Below are positions 14,536 to 33,614 of a stretch of 64,000 nt of DNA, one piece after another. The stretch is from NCBI RefSeq assembly GCF_009914755.1, contig NC_060947.1, one strand, 5' to 3'. Both the position numbers and the translations under genes were made by a program. The stretch comes from the human T2T-CHM13v2.0 reference genome, Homo sapiens. The notes under the pieces are model-generated. The model made no database searches. It saw only the letters and a list, made by a program, of their open reading frames with translations, and was not told the origin of the DNA. Position 1 is the stretch's first letter, and the number at the start of each line of letters is the position of its first letter.

Positions 14536-16236
14536 AGCTGCAGAAAGGGAGTACTCCTGCATACATAATGTAATTCAAATATCTCACTCTTGAAAGTTAC
14601 CTCGTTCCATTTGCTGTGTGAGCATTTTATTGTAGTGTGATCTATTTCTTTAGGGCACTCTTGTATCACAAAAAATGATACTGTAAGTAACCTGTGAAAT
14701 GCAAATAAAAGAATGTAGAGCAACTTACTCTTCTGTTTTTTGAGCTACATATGTTGAAATGCAAATGATTACAGGTCAATTGCCTCATAGGCTATGATCA
14801 AAATCTAGTTTATGTAATGCTCAAAATAAACTAACAAATATATGATTCAAAGTGAACATTACCTGACTCATACTTATGTAGGGAGAATGAGAGGAAGAGG
14901 GAACTATGAAGGAGAGGCCTGTGTCAGACATGCTTTAATGTCTTCTTCTTTTATTGGTTTCCGAAATGTTTAATCCTTAGAGGTGTCATTTTCTTCCAAG
15001 AGTCATTTGAAGGGAAAGAATTATGGGGCTTTGATACTTGACAAGGAACTGAGAAGCCATTCTGGAAGCTTTAATAAGCTACTGTTTTACTTTAGTTTTC
15101 ATTTTGCTAGAACTGAAAAGACCCTCTAAATTTTCTTGTTTATAAACACTAATTCATGAGGGAGATAATACATTAAAATTTCATTTCAAACTGATGTTGA
15201 AAACAGTTGCTTTGACATTAAGCAAAAATCTCAGTATAAAGTATTCCTTCAGAGAATAAACGTTCCCATTTTGTAACTATCAATTTACTTTGGTTGGTTA
15301 GAACAGTGGTTCTCACATTTTTTTTTTTTCAGTCCACAAACCATTTTGAAGCAAAAACCCAAGGACCACCAGTTCCTACTCATCGCCATGAAAAAAAATT
15401 TTCAAACTTTATTGAACTCTTGCTTTAAAACATGGCTGTTATTGTGGTTATGTTTTTTAAAACTTTATATTTGTGCTTTTGAATGCAAATTTGAGTCTGC
15501 AACTGGAAAAGATACTTTTTTTAAAAAATTCTTTTTTAGTGACTTGTATTTAAGACCAGCCCGTAGCCAGACCTCAACTGGAAGTGTCTTTGCAGAACAC
15601 TATGGAATTAAATGGAACTCTATTCTTTGACCACCAGCTGAATCCCAAATCTCCATGTTTGGAAACTCTGCAGCTTTAATCACAAAAATTGTGTGAGTGA
15701 GGCACTATCAAATCAGGTCCATTGCTGGAAAAACTGCTCATGGATTAATAATGCCATATTTGTAAGTAAAGTACATTTTCATTAAGCAACAGATCAATTA
15801 TATTTCAGTAGCTTATTTTCAAGTCATGTTCTTGGTAACTAATAAAATAAGAATAAAAACCTGGGAAGGGGTTAAACATTAAGGAATTCCTTTTTTAAAT
15901 AAGAAAACTGAATTGAAATAACTTACAATTGCCTAGAAAATAAGAGATGAATTCTATAGATTAAATGGCTTTATTAAAAATTTTAAGACTAATAAGACTG
16001 TATGCAAATAGTGAGTTCACGTTTAAGCAAGAATAAGCCAATTCGAAGTAGTATTGGCAGTTTTGGACACTTTACCAAAAGTTTTGAACACTTTTTATAA
16101 TGATGGTGATGATGATAATAATAGCTAGACACTTACTGAGTACTTACTGTGGGTCAGGCATTGATGTAAGTGTTTCACATGTAATTTAATCATCATTGCA
16201 ATGCTAAGAGTACTAAATATATATTAATAGCAGCTA

Positions 16237-16629
<393 letters not shown>

Positions 16630-17004
16630 TTATTTAAACAATAGGTACTGTTAGCAAAGGTTAGTGTTTCATTCTGATAAAGAATGAGTATTTCTTACTA
16701 TAATGAGTTCTCCCAAAGATTTCAGGAAAATGCTTAGGAAAATGTACCACAAAATACAATTAAATAAGTATTTAAACGACTATGTTTATTAAATATATTC
16801 ATATGCTGTATTGCTCTGTTAGTCTTTATTTTATTTTGCCTTGGTGGACACTGTAAGATTCTATGAAATTTCATTTTGAAAAAAAAAGAAAATAAGTTTC
16901 AGCTTCTCCAAAGAGCAATATAAAGCTTTTGAAAGGGTGTTAAAATAGATAATTTTCAAATGAAAATTTTTGTTTTCATAGTTTACCATGGGTCTTTAGA
17001 CCAC

Positions 17005-17480
17005 TGTTATGGGTTGAATTATGATTCTCCCAAAAAAGATACGTTGAAGGTCTAATCCTCAGTACTTCAGAATGTGACCTTATTTGGAAATAGGAGTGTT
17101 GCAGATGTAATTAGTTAAAATGAGGTCATACTTGAGTAGGGTGGGCCCCTAATCCATTAGGACTGGTCTCCTTATAAGAAGATAGCCATGTGAAGACAGA
17201 GACACAGGGAGAATGCCAGGTAATGACAGAAGATTGGAATGATGCATCTACAAGCCAATGAATGCCACAGATTGCTGACAAACCACCAGAAGCTAGGAAG
17301 TGGCAAGGAGCTAGGAAGAGGCAAGGAAGGATTCCACACAGAGTCTCTGAGAGAACATGGCCCTGACAACATCTTGATTTTAGACTTCTAGCCTCTAGAA
17401 CTCTGAGACAATAAATTTCTGTTGTTTTCAGCCACCCAGTTTATGGTACTTTGTTATGGCAGCCCTTGGAAACTAATACA
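17005..17480 (+). mobile_element. MLT1 (MLT1C-like) MaLR solo LTR
   Basis: TG...CA termini, gaatgtgaccttatttggaaatagg, AATAAA; 5-bp TSD accac/acgac. Confidence 0.85.
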
Positions 17481-18499
17481 ACGACTGGGAAGATTTTTGC
17501 TTATACACTTGCAAAGCATTTTTCACTTCTGAAAACACTACATCCACTATTAAGGATTTCCTAAAATAGTAGGCATATCTCTGTAAGCAATAGGGAAAAA
17601 AATAACAACAGAGAGGAATTTGGAATGTGTTTACAAATGGATTAGGAATAGAGCCTAGAATTTAATTTCTTCAGGTTAAACATTTAATGCTAACAAAATA
17701 ATCCCTGATTCTTCTTTATAGATCTCCAGAATCCAGACAACTCTATATATGAGTAATTTCCCCCTAATATGTACTCACTATTATTTATTAGACTGAAGTG
17801 AAAAAAATTATACTGTAGCTTCTTAAATCTTTCCTTCTGTCTGGGAAGTCCATGTTTGGGCAGACTTCGTTTTTCATTTAGGAGCTAACTCCTCTATACT
17901 TCTCTTCCTGTATTTCTCAAGGAGTTTTGTGGCATCACCATTTATTTAATTGACCATATCAGAAATATAGGGTTCATTATGTCATCCTACCCTCCTCCAT
18001 CTCCCCTTCTTCTCGCACCTCCCACATTATTTTACTAGATTTTTGGATTCTCCTTTCTAATCTGGATTCTGTCAAACTCTCTCTCGCTCCACTACCCCCA
18101 CCCCAGTTTGGGCCCTCCCCATCTTTGGCCTGAATTATGACAGCTCCCTTCAGAGCCTTCCTGACTTTCACCCATTCTCTACACAAGGGATAAAGGGTGC
18201 ATCCTAAAATGAAAATGTTATCTTGTTCATCCTATGTGCTTAAAACCCACAGTGGCTTTCCATAGCTCAGGATAAAATCCTGGCACCTTTGCCTAGATGC
18301 AAGATGCCTACCTTTCTTTCTTTTTTGCCAGCCATTAATGGCAATATAAAAAAAATTAAGAATTTATCATGCTTTTTCTTATACAAACTGTATTTCAGGT
18401 GAACCGTATAGCATTAGTTGATGAAAGAATGGTCTTTACAGAAGAATTCTGGCTTATAAATGTAGAAGGAATGCTGGACTTAGAAAAGCACCACTTTGA

Positions 18500-22420
<3,921 letters not shown>

Positions 22421-22690
22421 GAAAAGCACCACTTTGAAAACCATAATGGAATAATTGATTCAGGCAACAATCATAAATGAATAAAGCCATTAGATGAAAG
22501 GTGGATGGGGAACTTGAAATGGGAAGGATCAGGCTATCACCACCTGAACCCACTGATTAATCTCAGCATTGGTAAAGGTGAACAACCAGTCACTATAAGC
22601 CTCTTATGTCATGCAATAAGAAATACTTAGTACTACCTATGAAGTATTGTTTTCAAAAACCTGAAGCTGAATTCAGTTAAGCCTCTATAG

Positions 22691-22889
22691 CTTCACTGTC
22701 CAATACGGTAGCTATGACATGTGGATATTTAAATTCAAATTAATTAAAATAAAATAAATTTAAAAAATTCAGTTCCTTATTCACACCAGCCACATTTCAC
22801 GTGTCAGTCTTCACCTGTGGCTATGGTATCAGACGGCGCACATTATAGAACATTCCCACCACGGCAGCGAGTTCTATTGGAAGGTACTG
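22691..22889. mobile_element. MER3 hAT-Charlie element
   Basis: ctgtccaatacggtagc...ttctattgga ends; 8-bp TSD ctctatag/ctctagag fits the Charlie nTCTAGAn target preference. Confidence 0.85.
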
Positions 22890-24297
22890 CTCTAGAGCTT
22901 TCATTTTTGCGGGGAGACAAAAGGACTAGAGAAATAAATTAAATGACACACAAGGAAGCAAATAGACAAATACGGAATGTGATATATTCTCTAGGTTTGG
23001 TTAACTTACTTTCTGCAGCAAGTCAATGGAATGAACGAAAAAGAGGAGGGGTAATTCTTTGCATTGAGAGAGGCAACCAGAGGTAATGTGTGGACCTTGT
23101 TTGGATCTTGATTTGAACAAACCAATTGTAACTACATTTTTGAGACCATCATGAAAATATGATTATGGACAGAATTTTGGTTGTTTTTAAATGTCGCTGC
23201 AAATTGGTATCCCATTTGGCTCTTGGAATCTGCCCATTTCCCCAACTTTAACATCTGTGGTAGCTTCAGGTGAGTTTTTCAGGTCTGATCACAAAACATC
23301 CTGGATATAATGAATGAGCAAGCAGGGAGCAAGGCTGAACCAGGCAAATGTGGGCATCTGGGATGGCAGAAGGGCTGTCCTTTCCCTGGCAGCAAAAGAA
23401 CAGCCCACGGTAAACAAATCCCTGAGTGTGGCAGAACTTTAGGACCACTCTAGGCATGTATCACTCTTCTAGAGATGTCTGCTCTCTGGGAGCAAGACGG
23501 GGCTGTGGTTCTGTGAAGGCTTGGAGGCCGACCATATTATTAATAGCGGATAGTCATTCTGATGTGAAGCCAAGGCTAGATAGAACTGAGGTCCAGGATC
23601 AGGAGATGGGACTGGCAAAAATAAGAAAAGAAGGTAGGTCCAGGGCTGGAATTTCCACAAGGATATTATCAGCCTGGAAAATAGGATAAATCATGTGAAC
23701 TCTAGAATCCTGGAGAGATGAGGGCCAGATAAGCAGATGGCTCTCTTCCTCCCTCCAGTGAGGAAAGGCTAAATTCTGGAGCCCCTTATCTGAAAGTGAT
23801 AGAGAACAAAGATAAGAGAACCATTTTCAAACTCCACCTGGTAGATTGGTTTCCATTAGTTCCAGATTGGGCAACATTTGTTTCCTTTTGTTCCCTTTTT
23901 CCTGTTCACCCTAAATATGGATCATGTCTAAAGTTCTATTTTTATATTTTATTTTTAATTGTGGTAACAAATACATAACATAAAATTTGCCATCTTACCG
24001 ATTTTGAAATGTATAGTTCATTAGTGCTCAGTACATTCATATTATTGTGCAACCAATCTCCAGAACATTTTCATCTTACAAAACTGAAACTCTGCACCCA
24101 CTAAACAGCAACTCCCATTTTTTCCTCTATCCTCAGCCCCTGGCAACCACCATACTACTTTCCGTCTCTGTGAGTTTGACTATTCGAGATATATAAGTGA
24201 AATCATACAGTATTTGTCTTTTTGCGACTGGCTTATTTCACTTAGCATAATGTCCGCAAACTTCATTCATGTTGTAGCATGAGACAGGATTTCCTTC

Positions 24298-24607
<310 letters not shown>

Positions 24608-24634
24608 TAAGGCTGAAAAATATTAAATTGCATG

Positions 24635-25100
24635 TTGTGACATAATAAGAAATATGCATTAGGTCTCTTTCCCCAGTTCCTGACACAGAGCATCTAAAGC
24701 CATCATAATTTCCTGAATGATAGGAGTGCCTTTTGTTCTAATGAGGTGACTCTTGCTGGGCTTCTGGATGAGGGCTACTCACTAGAAAGACTGAGCATGA
24801 TTAGAAACTTGGAACTTTCAAGCCCCCTACTCCACATCCTCCTGGGAAAAGAGAGAGACTTGAGATTGAGTTAATAATTGATCATGCCCAGGTGATGAAG
24901 CCTCCATAAAAAATCCCTAAACTATGGGGTTTGGAGAGCTTCCAGGCTGGCGAACACATCCATATGTTAGGAAAGTGGTGCATCCCAGCTCCATGAGGAC
25001 AGAAGCACCTTTGCTTAGGACCCTTCTGGACTTCACTCTATATACCTGTTCCTCTGGCTGTTCATCCGTATCCTTTGTAATATCCTTTATAATAAACAGA
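24635..25100. mobile_element. MER21-like ERV LTR (partial)
   Basis: tgtgacataataagaaatat...gatgaagcctccataaaa...tggagagcttccaggctgg...ggctgttcatccgtatcctttgtaatatcctttataataaac. Confidence 0.7.
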
Positions 25101-25228
25101 ATGTTTATGCCACATTTTGTTTATCCATTCATGGTCAATGGACACCTGGGTTGCTTCCACCTCTTGGATATTGTAAATAATTCTACTATGAATATGGGTG
25201 TGCAAATCCAAAGTTCTATCCTTGGCTA

Positions 25229-25740
25229 TGTGGTAGATTGCAAAATGACCACAAAGTATTCCCCTTCCTGTATCCATGCTCCTTTGCAATGTGACTTTGC
25301 AGTCTCCCATCAAACTATAAAGTTTATTTTCCTACTATTTGAATCTAGGACAGCCTGATGACTAGCTTTGGCCAACAGAATGTAATGGAAGCAATGTGGT
25401 ACTGGGTCCAAGTCTGAGCCTCAAGAAGCCTTGCACACTTCGGTTTTCTCTCTTGGAATTTGTGTGAACAAACCCAGGTTAGACTATTAAAGGATGAGAG
25501 GGCACATAGAGCAGAGATGAGCCATCTTAGATAAGGCTTGAAAGATGGGAGGGTTCCTGACCCAGATCAGCAAAGCTGACCTGATAGCTGACTGCAAATG
25601 CATGAGTGAACCCACAAGAGACAAGTACAAATGTCCAGCTGAACCCAGCCCAAATTGCCAGCCTGTGGAATTATAAACCAATCAATGGTTGTTGCCTTAA
25701 GCATTTGTGATTTGCTACGTGGCAATAGGTAACTAATACA
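25229..25740 (+). mobile_element. MLT1 (G/H-like) MaLR LTR
   Basis: tgtggtagattgcaaaatg...ctttggccaacagaatgt...cccagcccaaattgcc...taactaataca. Confidence 0.75.
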
Positions 25741-26076
25741 TATTATTTCTCTTTTAACTATGTACGTTTTTCTTTGGAAATCTAATATAATTTCATACTT
25801 CAATGATCACTTGAAAGACTCGAAATTATTCTCCCCAGCCTTGACCCTGCCTTTCTTACAGATCCATCTTGAATTTGCAACTCCTTGTTGAATACTACAA
25901 CTGGATATCATGTTAACATTTCAAACTCAATATTTCCAAAATGGAATTTGTCATCCTATATCCAAGCCTTATGTTCTCCATTGATGTTTCTGTTTCTGCT
26001 GGTGGTACTACCATTGTTTCAACCACACTTGAAACCTCAGTGTCATCTGATTCCTCTTTCTTCTTTCCATAATTAA

Positions 26077-26503
<427 letters not shown>

Positions 26504-27539
26504 CAAATTAATCTTATTTACCAGTTAAAGATTCTTCTGAGATACAGAATAATAAATTTATTCCTCAACTTTATTCACTACGGGCATATTTTCCTTTTGT
26601 CTGCTAATTCTAACATCTGGGTCATCTCCATTGATCCTCTCCATTGATTACCTTTTCTTCTGAGTATGGGTCTTGTTTTTCTATTTCTTCATATGTCTAA
26701 CAATTTTGAATTATATCCTGGATATTGTAAATGACACATTTTAGGGATTCGGGATTCTGTTCTGTACCTTCAAAGGTCTTTTTGTTCGTTTTTGCAGGCA
26801 GCGAACTTGGTTGAGCTCAAATTCCAAACTCTCTCTCCCTTGTGGTAGGCAGCAGCTGAAATCTTAGTCCAATTTTTTTAGCCTTAGCTAGGCTTCTTGG
26901 AGTCTACCCTATACATGTGTACTTCCAGGATCAGCCAGAGATTTAGACAAAGTTTAAACTTAAGTACCCCCTTTCAAGCTCTCTCCTTTCAGAAATTTCC
27001 ACCCCCTTTCCAAACTCTGTCCTCTGGTTCTTCAAGCCAATAAGACTGCTGGTTTTAGCTACCAGGCTCAGTGAAAACTGGGACGTGCTCTTCGGGCAAA
27101 AAGCTGTAAAATCAATATGGGAAACTCACAAAGATCTGGTGCTTTTCTTCAAGTATTGACCCCCTCTAGTATCTGCCTGCTTTTGTTTTTTCTCTGTGCC
27201 TTTAGGTAGGGTTTAAAAAATATTATTGTCCAATGTTTGTAGTTGTTATCTAGAGAAGGATGATCACATATAGGAACTACTCATATATTATCAGAAGCAG
27301 AACCACTTTGTTAAGTTTAAAACCTTCCATGATTCTCCATTGAAGTCTGTGGACCAAATCTAGGCCTTGGTATCTGTTATGAGCTCTCCCTAAATGGATT
27401 ACCCATGCTTCCCCACTTATGCTAAGTACTTTCCTGTCTTTGAGTTTTTCCTTCCTGTTCAATGTCCTTTCCATCTCTGGCCATTAAAATAGTATCCATC
27501 TTTCAAGTGCCCCAGGGCTGGGTCCCGGGTCCCTGTCCT

Positions 27540-28390
27540 ACTCTATTAACACTTTATCCCTGTTGATCTTGTCCAGGTCCATGGCTTTAAATACTGTCTA
27601 TTTGCCAATGACTCACAATATATCTTCAGCCCTTATTCCTCTACTGAGTTCCAATTTTGTATATGTAATTGTCAACTTGATATCCCCACTTGGATGTCCA
27701 ACAGGCATCTCAACTCAACATGGTCAAATTAGAATTCTTGTTCATCTCTCCCCTCAAATTCACTCTCTCTGTAGGCCTTCTCAATTCCAGTAAATGCCAC
27801 CACCATTCACAAGCCAAAAGTCTGAGAGTCATCTACATTCTTGTACTTCCCTTGCACTCCACATACAGTCTGTCAGGAAGTCCTTTTGGCTCTGACTTCA
27901 CAATAGATCCACTTTTCTCTAGCCCCTTGGCTACCATTAGAATTTAAGTCACCATGATCTTTCACTGGGACTCTTTCAGTAGCCTCCTGAGAGATGTTCC
28001 TGCTCCCGCTCTTACCTCCCTATAATGCATTCTTCACCCAGCAGCTACAGTGATCTTTAATGAAAACCAGATCATGTTATCCTCCTGCTCAGCCTGTCAG
28101 TGGTTTTCCAAAGCATTTAGACTAAAATCCAAATTCCTTTCTATGGCTTACATGGTCTTACATGATCTGAACCCTTTGACCTCATCTCTGATCACTCTCC
28201 CTTTTTCTCACTACACTCTGCCCACATTGGCCCTATTTCTGTTTCTTGATTTTACCAAGCTCTTTACATTTCCCTACAACACTCCACTCCTAAATCTTTA
28301 TCTGCCCATTGTCTGTCTTCCCTATCAGGTTGCACTTTCTGTGAAAGTAGGGGCATTTCCAGTAAATTTTTCTTGAAAGAAGGAATGAAT
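27540..28390 (+). mobile_element. L2 LINE 3' region
   Basis: catggctttaaatac...gactcacaat...acaggcatctcaactcaacatg; ends in gaatgaat. Confidence 0.7.
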
Positions 28391-28738
28391 TCAACATCAA
28401 TACACTTTCTCCATAAAGCCTTTCTTATACCTCTCTGATGGCAATACACTCTATGCTCCTTAAATTTTATGTCCGTGCCTCTTTTAGCATTTACTACCTC
28501 TTATATAATGTTATGGTGTTTTTTGTATGTGTTTTATCTTCCTTAAGTCATTAACTATGACATCAGAATGGGCAGAGTCCCTGCCTGATTCATCTGAGCA
28601 TTCCCCATGTGGCATACTACAGGCCTTTGCACAGAGCAATGCTGATGAATGTTGAGTAAATGAGTGAATAACAAAGTCAATATTCATTTCTATTGAAAGG
28701 GAGTATTATTAATATTAAAAACAGTGCCAACAACGGTC

Positions 28739-28826
28739 TTAGGTTATTGCTAAATTTCTTTGGAATTAATGAAACATAATTTTTAGGTTATTGCTAAATT
28801 GCTTTGGAATTAATGAAACATAATTT
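28739..28826. repeat. Tandem duplication, 2 x 44 bp
   Basis: ttaggttattgctaaatt(t/g)ctttggaattaatgaaacataattt twice, with one mismatch. Confidence 0.9.
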
Positions 28827-29359
28827 ACTCAATCAAGTCTATGTTATGAAGTTTTTTAAATATCATTAATGGTTTCATATCATTAATGGTTCTTAATGTT
28901 TTAGTGCTTCATTAGAAATAGTAGAGACTACTGAAGTATTCTGACTGAGGCACATTTGAACAACGCTCCCTGAAATGTTCATGCAACTAATATATCTAAA
29001 TGTTATAAAAACATGCCAATGAGTCATGACTAATTTGGCCAGCAGAATTCCTTGGGTATATTCAATATAATGGATAGGTAGCAATTATAGAGTTTTACTC
29101 AAAAAGTTTGAATAGCGAGTTTTATCAAAATTCATTTAAACATAATTCCAGTCCCTAAAATGGAAAAGTTTTCACTTTAATTACACAAATATCAGACTTG
29201 AACCTTAAGTAGACTGCTTTTTATGATCTCATCTTCCTCCTTGGCTTCATTTTACTTATTCTTTCTAGTTTTCCATCCCTTGCTGCCGAACTATGCTTTT
29301 ATTCTAGTACTATTTCAAGCTTCTACTCAGCATCTAAACTCGTTCACCAGACCCATTAA

Positions 29360-29687
<328 letters not shown>

Positions 29688-30779
29688 AAGACATACTTTT
29701 TAATATTTTTTTAATCCAATAGAACTATTCACAAGTTTTATTGCCATAGTTTGCTGGTTATTTATAGTTCTTTTTACTTGCTGTGTTAACTGTTTGTATA
29801 ACAAGATCAATGTTTTAGATTGTGAATTGTTTATTTGGGGTGATTGTTTACTTATTCCCATTTTCCCTGTTTTTGTATTTTGCACATATTCTGTTGTATT
29901 TTGCACAGGTTCAACCCAGAAGATTTCAATAAATTGAAAAGAGAAATTGAAGCATAGCCAATATGGAAAAATATATGATCGAAGACTATGTGACCAAGGT
30001 AAATTAAATGCAAAGTTAAGATGCTTCTAATCTTGAACTGCAAAAGACATTGCTCATAAGTGACAGTGTGGAACAAGGTATTAAATAATTCAAGACCATT
30101 GATGTCATTGTTATCTGTACAAACGTATTTGACTGAAGATGAAAAATCTTTTCTCCTTCAAGTTATTTTGTAGAAGAGATTTTCCCCTTTTCACACAAAA
30201 TTTTTATTCTATTCATCTTTTTATCTCGGCGGTTAAGCTTTTAGAGTGGTGCACAAAAGCAAATGTAAAATGAAGTTGAAGTGTTGTACTTTGTATTTAC
30301 ACCAAGGAAGGTTTCTCATTTGAAATGTTTTTGACTGCAAAGAACTGAATACTTAAAGTAACTTAAGGAATAAGGGTATTCATTTCCTTATATAACAAGA
30401 GGACTAGTCGTTGGGTGATTGTGAGGTTAGTTAATTCAGTGGCTTGAAAATGCAGTTGGAGCCCAGGCTCTTTCCATATTTTTGGTCCTAGAATTCTCAG
30501 ATAATTTGTTTGGTCCTCTGGCTCGTCCCATCATGGTTGCCAGATGTGCCCAACTGTTCTAGTTGTCATATGTAGACAATATAGTAGCCTAAGGAACAGT
30601 AGGTTCTCCTCATAGCTCTCTCTCTCTCTTTCTCTTTATTCAGAAGAAAATACCTTTTATAAACCCAACAACCTGCATATCTCCCCTCATGTCTCAGTGG
30701 CCAGGATTTGTTACATGCCCATACACTAGCTGCAAGGGAGGCTGGGAAAGCAGATATCTGTCAGTTGCAGCCTTCAATG

Positions 30780-31270
30780 CCTAGAGCTCCTTCAAGGCCC
30801 AATACAGTCCTCCTTCTATGTAGCTTTATCTCATACCACTCTCTCCCTTGCTGTCTCTGCTTCAGCCACACTTTCAGGCTTGTTGTTCTCTTAACAGGGC
30901 ACGCATACATGAAGGCTTTGCACATACTATTCTCAGTGTTTAGACAGCTCTTCCTCCAGGTATCTGCATGACTTAATCCCTCATTTCCTTCAGGCAACAT
31001 AAGAACAGAGACCACTCTACCTAAAATAGCAGCCTTCCCCTCCATTGTTCTCTATCCTTCTTCCCTGTTTAAATTTTTGATAGCTCTTAATGAGAGAGAG
31101 ACAGAGTCTGAGTAAGCGAGAGAGAGAGATAGAAAGAATGTTTTTCTGGCTAGATTATAAGTTCTACTGGAACAAGGTGGTATGTTTTGTTCACCACTGT
31201 GCCTCCAGAGCATACAACAGTGACAGCTACATGGCAGGTACATCAAGAAATATTTGTTGATGAATGAATT
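30780..31270 (+). mobile_element. L2 3' end
   Basis: ctagattataagttc...ttttgttcaccactgtgcctccag...aaatatttgttgatgaatgaat. Confidence 0.7.
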
Positions 31271-31722
31271 AATGAAGTTGTATTCTCTGAGCAAGGAAGA
31301 AGGTAGGGACAGGCAATTCCTTGCTGGTGGACAATCAATAGTGTTAACCACAGGAGGAGATGCCAATAAGAGCACCTATGCTGAACACAGATCAGCTGGT
31401 AAGAGAAGGAAAATGGAGTGTTTGTGGGGTGAGTGGGGAAAACATAAAGCTACAGGGCCATGACCCAGCTCTACCAGGTGGCAACTTCCTGCAGGGGTTG
31501 GCAACCTCCCACAGTGTCTAGCACAATCTCAGGCACTAAGTAGATCATCATTGCACAGAATCAGTTATTGTATGTGGCTTTGTGAATGGTCCCCTCAGAA
31601 GCTCTAGAAAATGGCGACATCAGAATGTACTTCCTATTGACTACCCTATCTTGGAGACTATTCCATCCTTCAGATATATAGACTCAGCAATTCCTGATAA
31701 TCCTTTCTACTTGCATGATGGT

Positions 31723-32003
31723 TGTATTAGTTTCCTAGGGTTGGCATAACAAAGTACCACAAACTGAGTGGCTTAAAACAATGGAAATGTATTCTCTTAC
31801 GGTTCTGTTAACTAGAAGTCCAAAATCAGGTGTCAGCAGGGTGGTTTCTTCTGGAAGTTCTAAGGGAGAATTCCTTCCATACCCCTCTCCTAGCTTCTGG
31901 TGGTTGCTGGCAATCTGCGGCATTCCTTTGCTTATACCAAATAAGGTCACATTCTGAGGGTCTGGGTAGACATGAATTTTGGGGGACACTATTTAACCAA
32001 ATA
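31723..32003 (-). mobile_element. MLT1C-like LTR, internally deleted
   Basis: tgtattagtttcctaggg...aacaaagtaccacaaactg...ccaaataaggtcacattctgagg; reverse-related to 17005-17480. Confidence 0.8.
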
Positions 32004-33346
32004 TGGTAGTTAAATGCTTTCTAGGGGCCTTTGACCTTTGGCAACTTAATGGGAAAGAAATAATTGTCTTAAAGGAAAATCAGTTGCCTGTTTGAAGGCA
32101 AGTGAAGAACATTGTAATGAACTTCCTTCGTTATTAAAAAAATTATACTCCTATACATAAGTGTTTAACACATTCCTCTACATACAATTCTGTTAAACCT
32201 GTTTTATTTCTGAAGGGCTCCTTTTAAAATCTCTGAATACATTATAGGTATCGAGCAATTCTCTGTTTAATGCTCATGCACTATATGTATACATGTATGA
32301 AACTCTACATGAATACTGTAGATGGAAGACAACTTGCTTCACAGTGAATGATTAATGGCAAATAAGCATTTGAAAAGTTTCAAGAAAATTATATTAAAAG
32401 ACAGCAAAAACAGCAACAGCAAATCCTTATTGAACAGTAATTAACAAAGAAGGATTCTTAATACAATTTCCCCAAGTGTGTCCAGTCAGTTATAAAGTTC
32501 TTCATTCAATCTCTCTCAGGGATTCTTCCTCCCATGAATATAAACTCAAGGAAACCCATTCATAAATTTCTCTGGTGCTTTTCTCCTACTACTTCTTGGA
32601 TGTTCAGATGAACACAGATTTTAACATGCTGGACTCTCAGGATAAAAACTGACCAGTAATTTATCAGAGTTCTGTGGAAAATTGGTGAACTCACACCACT
32701 TCCTAGCATTGATAGAAAGAGGAAGAAAGGAAATAGGGGAGCAAGGAGCTAGTTAAAGTCCTAGAAAATTCCTTTTTGATCCTTGTGACAAAAGATGGGG
32801 AATGGATATCATGTTCTTTCCACATCTATAGAATATAGAGGAATTGGTAGATAAATTGATACAGATATAAAAGCACCATGTTCTTTCTCTTTTGTAATAA
32901 TCATCACACTTATAATTACTTATTTATGATCTTACCCATTCTAATGTAAGTCCCATGAGAAATGGGAGTAAACATGTCTTACTTATTTTTTGTATCCCCA
33001 GAGCCTGGTCCACTGACTGGCAAAGGGAAATAATCAAATATTTGTTGAAGTGAATTGAAATAGAAAGGGTCTTAATTTCTTATGGATGTGAATAACTCCA
33101 CTGATAAATACTGAATGAGATTTCCTGGCACCCTATTAGAAGCATCAATTCTTTTAGATCATGTATGTGTCTGACACTTCAAGGTGCTCCTAGTAACCAT
33201 TCTCCCCACCTTTAGTTGGGAACATGGCCACCCAAAATGAACACTACATTTCCCAATTTCCCTGGCAACTCAGTGTGGCCAGTGGGATAGTGGCAGAAAT
33301 GATGCTTGGCAGTTTCCAGGTGTGTCCCTTAAAAGACAGGTGGTGT

Positions 33347-33614
<268 letters not shown>

